NCBI GenBank assembly: GCA_030704615.1
Contig: CM060732.1
Location: 12,586,001-12,650,000, forward strand
Direction of reading: 5' to 3'
Length of the DNA stretch: 64,000 bases
From: Takakia lepidozioides
Lineage: Eukaryota; Plantae; Bryophyta
A program made the position numbers and the translations under genes. Below the pieces are notes generated by a model. It worked only from the letters and a program-made list of their open reading frames with translations. It searched no databases and was not told the origin of the DNA. Positions 50,967-61,445 of the stretch are shown in pieces (position 1 is the stretch's first letter; each line of letters begins with the position of its first letter).

Positions 50967-53900
50967 ATGGACTCCCGTGTTTGGGTCAACGTGTACTTCC
51001 ATCCTGATTCTCTGAAAGCTAAAATACCCTGCGACCAAGGATTTGCGATTGTCACTGAGCAGTACTTGTGTGTGAAGTTCGGGCTCCGCCCTGGAACGGT
51101 GTTTTTGGAAGAGGAGACGAAGGATGCTTATGGAAATTTTCTGGAAAGTGCCGTCATTCTGCATGCAGATTTCGGAAAAGGCAAAGAGTGGCGGCTCCCA
51201 GCTTCTGAATCCATCCGGTACAGTGCCATTGGTGAAATCGTGCCTAAAGAGTTCCCACGCTGGAACTTGGTTGATCCTCCTTCCACAAGAGGGTCTGGGG
51301 TGCAAGATGTGAAGGATGTGGGCACCTCTTCACAAGCAGAGAAGCCCAAACATGTGAAAAGGGAAATCCAGGAAAACAGGGAAACAGTCGTCCAGGACTT
51401 ATCCAGTGACGATGAAGACTGTATGGTCCTTCCATCGTATGTTTCGAAGTCGTCCGTCACTAGGAGTGTTCAGCATACACCGTCCGACTCAACTTCCGTC
51501 CGCTCAGTAATCGACATATTGCGGAGGATGAAGACAACGGGTTCCCGCTCCAGTGACCTTCTTAGGCTTGATTACGACAAAACTCCAATCCATTCTGTGG
51601 AAACTTTGCCTGATGTTGTGGATGGGAATGCTATCTACGAGTTCCCTCCAGTGCCGGCAGGCGCAGGCCCAGACGGCATGCTCGCAGGAATGAACAGGAA
51701 ACATGACGGCCACCCTTGGTGTGTCACCAAAACTTCATCGTCCAACCTGGGTGATGGAGTTCGAGTGAGATATGTATTGTGTGCTGGGCATCTTAAATGT
51801 TTCTCGAGCACATGTTACCATTACACTAGCAAAGGCACCAGGAATGAGACTGACTGGATTGGCAATTCGTCGACCCCATTTTGGCCTCAAGGTAGAGTTC
51901 CTGCAGGGACGTTCAAGTGTGCCCATTGCAACGCAGCCCCTACGTGCATGGCAGTGTGCAACGCCAAGCAGTACTACGTCGGGACCGTCGGCCCAGCGTG
52001 CACCAGAGCATGCATTCACATCGGAAAGCATGAGCACCCCCTCGCCAGAGGCAATTGCAGAGTCGCTTTTCAACAAGCCCAGGATATTATCAAGGAGGAG
52101 GTGAGGCCGCAAAGCCAACAGATACTCGCATCGGCACATAGGATTGCAATTGGCAGAATAATGTCGGAGGACGGAAGCACAAGAGAGAAGCTGGGCGAGG
52201 GGACATGAAGGACCTGCTGGAAGCTGTCTCCCATGTGTGCAGCCCCAATGTCAGGAACCACATTGTCAGCTGCAAGAAACGAATCGGAAGAGGATCAGAC
52301 ATGCACTCCATCTTGGAAGTGAAACGCACATGCGGCTACGACTTCATCCAAGGCAGCTTCTTTCCTGGTCAAGGCTCGGAGATGGACAGGTGCTTCATAT
52401 TTAAGATGTCAACGTGCGGACCGGGGAGCGGCGTCGATTTGGTGAAGCGGATGACCAGTGGAGACCTCTCAAATTGTTGGGTCATGTTTGACCACATCCG
52501 GCGAATTACCAACCACGATTGGGTGACAATGGGGGCACATGTATACGACCCACATTGCAGAAAGTTGATGACCATTGCTATCTGCGAAATGAAGGGAGAA
52601 GACACAGATTCGGAGTTGCATATGTGGCGCGGACATTAATGAGCAAATGGCGAGAGCCAAGTTGCCCCCTCCCGATTTTAGGGGCTTCATGGCTGACAAT
52701 GCCCAGGCAAACTGGGCTGCAGTTAGGAGGGTATATGGGGACGACCCAAAGACTCCAATGGAAGGAAAGGAGAGATCTTGCGGGTTCCACTTCATGCAGA
52801 GTTTGACGCAAAACACGAAAAGGTTCGTGGCGTCACGCCACCGGCAGGATCATATCAGTATGTGCCTAGCGTGGAAAAATGCGAATTCCATCGACGAGGC
52901 GGAGACCGAGTTTGCAACCATACGCGCCTGGTGGGTGTCTTCAGGGGCAGTGGATGTGAAAGATCAGCCAGAACTGCAAACGTGCTTGCGTGGTGGCATT
53001 ATAGATTCCGCCAGTTTGGAGACTACATGAGACAGGTAACACATTTCTGTACTTGACAATTGTTCTGTTTTGTGCTTGGACATTCTCCACAATCAGTGAC
53101 ATATCTAATTTCCTTCAACAGGACATGAGCTTGGAGGATGACACGGATATGCCGACGACGAACATGGCCGAATCGGTGCACTCTTCCTGGCGTGCTTCCT
53201 CTGCAGCACATCTCGTTGACATGTTGACAGCAACAACAGAAGATATTGTGAGGGCCATCATGCAACAATCTCATTACTACCAGTTTCTGGGAGGAAAGCA
53301 ATGGGGTATCGGACCAGACAGGCAGGAGATGCTGATGAGGGCGGCGCATCGTTCGACCGATCCCAAAAAATGGACTGCTGCATTGCGGGAAACTATAAGG
53401 TCAACGCCGTTACACAGTCGGGGGAACTGCCTGGAGGGCGATGTCCGCAGCCGGCCGGTGAAGAGAAGAATTGAGGACATGCCCGGAGGGGATGGGGATT
53501 CATGGAGATCAGATATGAACATCCGCACTCAACCTCGGGGCGCAACGATGTTGCGTCCCACGCCTCCACGAAGCAGGACTCGTACCCCCTCTCCTGCAGC
53601 ATCCATGGAATCGCTGCCAGACTCGGGACAACATGCCGAGGATGGGCATGTTGCTCCTGTTTTCGTTACCCAATACAACATTCCAATCGTGGAGCGAGAT
53701 GTGTCGGCCGGCCTCGCAGTGGAGAATTGCACGGACCCGTCCGACATTTCGTGGCAAATGTTGTGTTGTTCGTGTCGACACCAACCAGAGATGCAATGAG
53801 ATGATTCGGAGGAGCCCGCAGGGCGGTGTGCCTGCCCCTTGCTTCACAGGGAGATTTGTGTGCGCAAAGTTTGTGGAGGCCACACTGAAGGAGTTTTGGT

Positions 53901-54552
53901 TCTGCAGGCACGACATCATGTCGTGTGTGTTCGGCAAGCCCAAGTATGGTGTACAAGGCATGCCTGAACCACCGGCAGTCTGGCCTGTGGCAAGTGGTAC
54001 AGATCTTACCCTGGAGGAGGCAGACGCTCTAGGAAGTGCAGGGTTTCGACTGGTGGAGAGGACAGACGTTCCACGAAATCCAATTCCCAATCGTCATCCT
54101 CCTCCCACGAGAAGCTCTTCGCCCCGCATACCGGTGGGTGACCCCGCAGCTTGGCCCACCCATCGGTGGGGTAAACTGAAAAGACGGCGGCCACCAACAA
54201 AGGCGAACGACACCAGGATGGCCAACGCTCTTGCAATGCCCTGCATAGTGCAAGGTTGCAGGGATGTTCCTCACCCGGGATGGGGCGCATATTTCAGTTG
54301 TCAACAGCCGGGTCTGCTGCGCGCAGTGTCGTGTATGCAATCACGGTTTCACAGTACCCAGCTTGCAACTGTGAGGACTTCCTTGTTATGGAATCGAGGA
54401 ATGCAGCATACGTCCCCTGCAAACACCTTTATTACATTTTTATGAAGCGCATGAGTTGCATATCCGCAGTGGACGTCTTCATCCATGCTCCAACACTGAG
54501 TTTCAACGAGCTGCACAAGGCCCTACGGCAGGATACTGGTCGGACTGCTTGA
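50967..54552 (+). pseudogene. Element D full-length MULE-type transposase (WRKY/GCM-like Zn finger, DDE, SWIM)
   Basis: DGHPWCVTKT..CAGHLKC..CAHC..HIGKHEHP; WVMFDH; FMADNAQA; CGFH; intron 53036-53121; TTNMAES; SWIM CNCEDF..PCKHLYY. Several frameshifts. Confidence 0.92.
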
Positions 54553-55049
54553 CATTCCACATTCGGGAAGGAGTTAGTGGCAATTATATTACATTCATCT
54601 TCTTGCACCCTATTTTTTGTGAGGAATTATACACTTGGTGCCGTGCCGCATCGCCATGGCTACATGTGAATTTCGTCCACCTTTATGAGAAGACTCCAAT
54701 TTGCTACAAATACATTGTTACTGTTCTGCAAATGTGATGCCTTTACAAGATTGCTAGTTCTGTGTCCTGGGAAGGTCCTACTGCACATTCCAGCATTTGC
54801 ATACTGCACCTTGTGCAAACAGCAATCCATACGACAAAGGACACGTCCCAGCATACTGGCAGTGAATTGCAAATAACATTAACAGAAGATTATTGAAGCC
54901 TGTATATTCCCCATATGGCACAGGGAAGCTGCTTGATTTCTGAATGAAAATGTATGTGCCATGAGTGTCAGCAAGTTGAAACATGTCTACTCTAGCATGC
55001 AAGACCTATGTTCTAGTGGCTAGTGCCTCTGCAACAGCGGTGATATCAT

Positions 55050-58000
55050 TCTCTCCAAAGTCTTCAATCCGATCCTCATTAACGTTCAACTGCACTGATG
55101 CTCAGGTATTCCCAAAAGAAGAGGACGGAAGACCTCTCGTGCCCACCCTTGATGGAGAGGAATTAACAATAGAAACCTCCACAACATCTGATACAACATC
55201 CTCCGGAGACAATCCAAAGGTCGAAGGGGTACAATAGCCATCAACAATTGCCCTCAACCCATCAACGACACCATCAACGACACCATCCGTGACGGGAATG
55301 CTAACACCAGTAGGAAGCTCCATTTCCAATGTCTGCGTCTGTGGGATGTGGTCGATGGAGGACAGTTGTGACTGCCTTAAAGTGTCAGGGTTCCGAACGA
55401 GATCTTGTGTGTTTCCAGCAGATGTGATGTCCTCGGTTATGGGGAATTGTGCCGGCAACGGATTGGCAGGAGTGTCAATGAGCTCTGTATTGCTAACACC
55501 ATGAAGTAACTGTGGAGTGGGAAGCTCTGTTTCCATTGTCCTTATCTAGGTCTGGGACTGGGTGAGGTTCTCCACTGTAGACAACTGTGATTGCCTCAGA
55601 TTTGCATCGTCTTGTTCGGCGACTGGTGTGGTTCCTGCAGATGTGATGTCCTCAGTTACTGGAAGGTCTTGTGGACGTAAAAAAGTTTGAGTGACTGTGG
55701 GGACCTGTGTTCCACCAGGAGAGGACAACAAGCATGGTTGCAGTGCCGGCCGCCGAGCCCTGGAGAACGGGAGACCCCCCGTGATAAGGTCTGCGGAAAG
55801 AACGTAGTCGACTTGACTGGGTGTCATCTCAGAAAAGTACGACATCGCAAGAAGCCTATCCCCATTCTGTATATTGGACTTGGGAAGTAATGTCAATGGA
55901 GGCATTCGTTGGCCCTCCAAAATGAAATTTTGACTCAACCCTGTTGACCACTTCGTCCTCATCAATATTGATAATCTCCCTGTGCATGCCCGCATTGACT
56001 TGCACTCTTGCATCGATCTGAGGATTTAATAGCTGGCGAGTTGAGATATTCGGGGGCCTAGAGGATATTGGTTCCGGGGAGAACTGAAGCGTACCGCCCG
56101 TCGTCCGCCGGCCTCTGGCTTGCCCGTCTGGCGAAATATTTTCTGACTCCACGTCGCGTACATCCTCCACCAGTCGAATGCTGGATAAATGGGTTATGAA
56201 ACATTGGGCTCTGCTGCATGCCATTGGATTCAGTCTCACTGTCTTCATCTTCCTCCAAGTGCACAGGTCTATTTCCGGCTGTATCTGGTTGTGTTAGTAA
56301 ATCCTTTCAAGAGTTGGTATCGCGGGACATTTGTGACCTCTCCTGGCGACCTTGACTTCTTTCAGAACGAGCGTGTGTAACTGGTGAAGACTCCACAATA
56401 CCTTCACCCCCAACAGATTCCTCGCCCCTGCCCTTAGATTCCGAGGAGGATTGCGCCTTTTCGGCAGAAACCTTTGAACGCAGCAATCTGATAAGGTTGA
56501 AGGATTTCTCAGCAGAGGCTCTTGCTGAGACCATACGACCAGGGTGCGTTACTTCCAACACCCTACAGTTCAATTCCTGATGGATAAAAAATTAACCGGT
56601 TAGTAACTTTCAGTAACTGGGCAGTCCCAACAGAAAGATGTTAATGGTCAAAGGAGGACGGGAGGCCTCCCGTCGAACGATGTAATTTAATTAGAATAAA
56701 TTGGAACTTCTGCCATCTCACACTCTCAACCCATCATAATTTCATGCATTAACCGAGCAAACACATTTAAGGCTTGTGCAGGGCCAGAACTACATGAAGG
56801 CCACACACGATTTTAGATTACATCGCCAGTGTGACCCTCTGTAACTATTTGGCTACACCTAGAAATGTCCCGTAATGAATGTTACTAATCACTTGGGTTG
56901 TTACTAATCAAATAGGATATTCAATGGACCTCTGCCGACTCACACTTTCCGCCCATCATCATAAGCAAGAACCATTCAGGCTTGTGCATGCCAAGAATTA
57001 CATGAAGGCCACATAAGATTTTAGATTACATCGCCAGAGTGTAACATAAAGACTTGTGTGACCCTTTGTAACTATTTGGCTGCACCCCAAAATGTCCCAT
57101 AATGAATGTTACTAATCAAATGGGTATCAGTAGGAATTGGCAATGTATGAAGGGAGGTGTCCCGTCATAGGACGTAAACAAAAAATCAATATAATTCAGA
57201 ACAACATCCTTATAAACTATTCCATCTCACGTATGTACGTACATACATACTTCCATCTCACACATTAAACCCATCATTTTAAGCAATAACAGAGGACTCA
57301 TTTTCAGAGACATAGAATGTCCTTGCCCACAAATTGATCCACAAGATCTTAGATAAAGTCTTGTGTATCACATTGTAGGAATGCGCATGCACTCACAACG
57401 GGAGGTCTCCCGACATAGTAAAGCCAGGAGATCTCCCGTCAATCCACGTCTGCCAGCAAACACTTTCAACCCATCATCATTTGAAGCAAGGATATAGCAT
57501 TCAAAGCAGAGACATTCTTGCATGTGCATGGCCATAGTTACAAAGTGATCCCCAAGATGTTAGATAACATCGCAAGTGTGTTAACTAAAGTCTTGTGTAT
57601 GGAATGTAGTTAATCACGTGGGTATCAGTAGTGTTTTTGAAACAATAGTCTAGCGTGAGGTTCATCTCAAATGATTGTTCAAATGAATGGTCAAAAGGTT
57701 GTTCACTGGACTTCTGCCAAAAACACTTTCAACCCATCATCATTCTTAGCAGTGACAATTCAGGCTTGTGCATGGCCATACTTACATGAAAGCCACGCAA
57801 GATTTTAGATTACATCGCCAGTGGTACGTAATATAAAGACTTGTGTCGCCCTCTATAAGTATTTGGCTGCACTCCAAATGTCCAGATCACTTGGGTATCA
57901 GTAGCGTGTCGTGCCAGCCAAGTCCTACTCGAGGTTCATCTTGAAATACTTGAATGGTCAATGGACCGGAAGGGAGAAGGTTTCAATGATCCAAATTCTA

Positions 58001-59710
58001 CGAATTGGATACAGTGAAAGACACAGATGAACCTGGACAAAGAAGGAAGGGAGGTCTCCTGTAGAAGGAGGTCAAAAAATCACATGGAAACTATGGTGAC
58101 TTCCTACGCACACTTTCAACCCATCATCTGAAGCAATATGAGAGCTCTCACAATATGGGAATACTTCAAGATTTCTGTCTGGCCATACTTACCAAGTTAA
58201 CTACAAGATCTTATCCAACATTGCCAGTGTTGCATAAAGTCTTGTGGTTTACGAGGTAATCTGTTCAGGCACTCTTGAAATCCCCGTAATAAATGTCTGG
58301 TTAATCACTTGGGTATCACTAGTGTCCTGATTGAACTTAATCAACCGCCGGATGTATCCCGCTAAACGAACGACGGGAGATCTCCCGTCACTGGACGAAG
58401 CAATTTCACAAAGCAAATTAACATTTGAGTCAATGGACGAAGCAAATTAAGATTTGAGTTTGTAGGTTCTTACCAGAAGCGAGTATGTGACAATCCCGCC
58501 ACAATACACATTGACAACGGAAGAGCCCTCCGGACAGAAGGTCTCAACAACCTGGTCGATGGCCGATGATCGGATCTCATTGTTGTAGTAGCGACTTTGC
58601 AGAGGATTTTCAGATTCTTCCACCTCTGTACGTAGCACTCTTGGGATGTATCGATCGTCGGCTCTGATGCTCCTCCGCACAACCTCGTCCACGTTGTCCC
58701 ACTCCGCGTCTGCCATCGGAAAAATGAAATGGAAATGAATTACTGGAGTCTCAAAATTCCTTGTCTTGAAAAAACTCTCCCTCTTCGATGGAATGTAGAA
58801 GCTCGTCTCTAGAAGGAATTTCCCCTTTGTGGATTGAATGTATGCTATCAGCTCACGATGAGAGCTATCAGTATCGGTGATGACACAGAATACGTTGGTC
58901 CTGATTTTTCTTGACCTCATGCCATTGAAGAGGTCGGCGAACTCATTCTCCGTCCAAGGCTCGATCTTGTCTGGACGCTCATTCAATGTGCTGATCATGA
59001 TGAGCGAAACAACTTCAAATGCTTTTGTGGCAAACATTGCCACCGTCCCAATCTCCCGAGCCCTGTTTCCAATCTCGCACACACTGTAAACTCTATCAAG
59101 CGAACCTCGTGGAGTCTCTGCAAGCGGTTTCACGGCTTGAATTAATTCAGAAATTGAAGTGGTTGCTTTTGCTTTCCCGTCGTTGGCTTCATTTTTGCGT
59201 CAAGGTAGGGGTTCCCGAGAGCATTCTTAAAGTGCACAAACTGGGCCTTGTTGATTTCGTACTTATGTTTGATGGCGGTCCACTCCATCCTTGTGTATGG
59301 ATGTCGGTTGTCCTTCGTTGGCTCCTTAAATCCAAAACCGACCATGATATCATCAATTATGTGCCTCCTCAACTTCTTGTACTTGCAATAATCCTCTAGA
59401 CTCAGAACATCGGGGTCAGGCCCAGTGTATGGATGACGCATCGACACTTTGTTTTTGAGTAACATGTGGGCAACCTTCCAAATCTGGTTGTCGTCCAAAC
59501 CCTGCAGTCGAGCAACGCTAGATTTTTTGAGCGCTGGCTGCTCTTTCATAGGGATATTCCCTTTGGAGTCAATGAGCTCGCCCTTCTCCCATTTCATGAA
59601 CACTCTTGTCCAGTAATTCCAGGTCCGATCGGAGGTGAACACAAGTGGCATTGCCTCTTTGTCGCTTTTCACATCCAGAATGGTTTGAGCTTCGACCATG
59701 AAATCCTGCA
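55050..59710 (-). pseudogene. Family-2 accessory gene, C-terminal part with a degenerate amino-MTase-like domain and low-complexity tail
   Basis: VSLIMISTLNE..PWTENEFADLF and EIRSSAIDQVVETFCPEGSSVVNVYCGG (motif X/I-like). Long intron ~58470-56578. The tail has a duplicated EDITSAG..LRQSQLS peptide. Confidence 0.55.
56700..58330. repeat. Intronic ~220-380 bp degenerate tandem repeat interspersed with GGGAGNNCTCCC palindromes
   Basis: CACTTTCAACCCATCAT...GATTTTAGATTACATCGCCAG...CACTTGGGTATCAGTAG recurs near 56720, 56941, 57260, 57460, 57722 and 58109. Confidence 0.8.
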
Positions 59711-60199
59711 CATACCAGCAAGTGTAGTTAACTACCATGGGAGGTCTCTCTTCCTAACTTTCACATTCAGCCAACACTTCCTGACTTCCAGCTAACTCCA
59801 GCACTTCAAACACTTCCAGCTAACTTCCTACCAACACCTTCAACTGATGATTTAAAACAACCAAGAGGATGTTGACAATTGGTCACTCTTTTTGGAGTGT
59901 CTCCTACTTTGTATTGCGGTGCTTCTTCATTTCCTCTTTCTGGAGACATTCTCGACCTGGAATAGAGTCAAACCTCTGTACAGAAACCCTTAAGTAACCA
60001 AGAGACAATCACATCATGAAGCATCATCCCTAACTTCAAGTCTTGATGGTGCGTGGATCTCTTCCAGATCGAGAATGTCACCAGATTGGAGAAAGAGAGA
60101 AGCACCGCAAAACAAAGCAGAACACATCCCAGATGACCTCAACGGAAGAGAAGTTGTTGGGACAACGAATGTGGTTGCTGGTGTGGGCGATGAAATTGG

Positions 60200-60852
60200 A
60201 TTTCGATCGACTATAATGTAGACATCCATTGCATTGCTGCAGTGATAGATGAATAGAAAGAAAGGACGGGAGACCTCCATCTCCTCCAACCGTTTGGCCC
60301 GTGAAGGTGGGAACACATCCCAGCTTTCAGGAGATTGAAATGCTGGAGGAGGCAGGTTTTTCCCTTGCGAGACAACCCCAACTCCATGCATGTGCTACTA
60401 CTTCTGCGTCCTCCCGGGTCCCCCCGGCAAATCCTGACTTGTGGCCAACCAAACGAGATGGAAAGCTCGTTCGGCGTTTCCCTCCAACCGCTGAACACTT
60501 TGGCAAAGTGGAGTCCGCAAGAATGCTCCAAGCTCGTGTTGGAAGCACCACAGAAGGACCCGATCCAGGATATGGTCGGGTATTCACAATCATCACTTCC
60601 ACATCTGCTGTTCATGACAGGACCTAAGACATCACGGTTTCCAATTTCCCCAATTGCACATGTCCTGATTTTGTGAATATGCTATCAACCAGTTTGGGCA
60701 AGAGAGGTAAATTCATACCCTGCAAACATTTGTATTTCATATTTTTGAAGAGGATGGTTTGCGATCCCAAACGTGACAACTTCATTCACCAGGCCACTAT
60801 GAGTTTCAACGAGGTCGATACTCTTTTGCAGCGGGATACAACACATGGGTAG
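60200..60852 (+). pseudogene. 3' end of a family-2 MULE-type transposase (SWIM)
   Basis: VWPVKVG..EAGF, WPTKRDGK, GYGRVF, CTCPDF..PCKHLYFIF, FIHQATMSFNEV, with an in-frame stop at 60625. Homologous to the A/C/D C-termini. Confidence 0.85.
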
Positions 60853-61269
60853 CATCAACTATGCAATGTGGTATGTGGTCGACCATGATTTGAAATGTGT
60901 AATTCACATCAATTCGTACGGAGTGAGCTCTGAGTGACAACTTTTAGGTAGTGCACATTTGTCATTGCACCGTTCGAAGTCTACATGTCTTGCTGTCGCT
61001 ATGCACTACAATCATCTTTTGAAGATGATCCTAACTCTCATTGTTATTTGAGGAGGGAGGAAGGTCTTCCCGTGGCAGCCTTTATGGCGCACACTTTGTG
61101 AGGATATTTTTTCGTCCTCGTAATTGTAAAAGTGAAACAAGCATTTGTAATTGCACAATGTTGGATGCTGCAATTGTAGGCCTCAACGCTCGTCTTGATT
61201 CTATTTAGGCAAGATTCCCTGCATTAATTCCACGATCATAGGACCATCCACGATTATAGGCGGCGCATG

Positions 61270-61445
61270 TTAATGTTGACGTGGCAGATGACGGACAGTG
61301 CCACGTCATCATTTACCGCCACATCAGCATGCTGACATGACGTTCATGCCACGTCAGCGTGTGTGCAGGCTCACGCCACGTCAGCTGGCGTGAGCGTACG
61401 CTCGCGCAACGCTCACGCGCAACGCTCACGCCATTGCGTCGTTGC
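61270..61445. repeat. Putative terminal region of the family-2 element with GCCACGTCA and CAACGCTCACGC repeats
   Basis: Four or more (G)CCACGTCA motifs and tandem GCAACGCTCACGC, abutting the broken G3 integrase at ~61446. Confidence 0.5.

Larger units (their letters stand above)
42812..54560 (+). mobile_element. Element D: most complete copy (TIR, ParB-MTase gene on -, palindrome array, transposase on +); right end lost
   Basis: TIR GAGGTTTACTATTTCATGAGC plus (C/T)ATGAGC repeats at 42812. Homology to the family ends just after the transposase stop. Confidence 0.88.
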
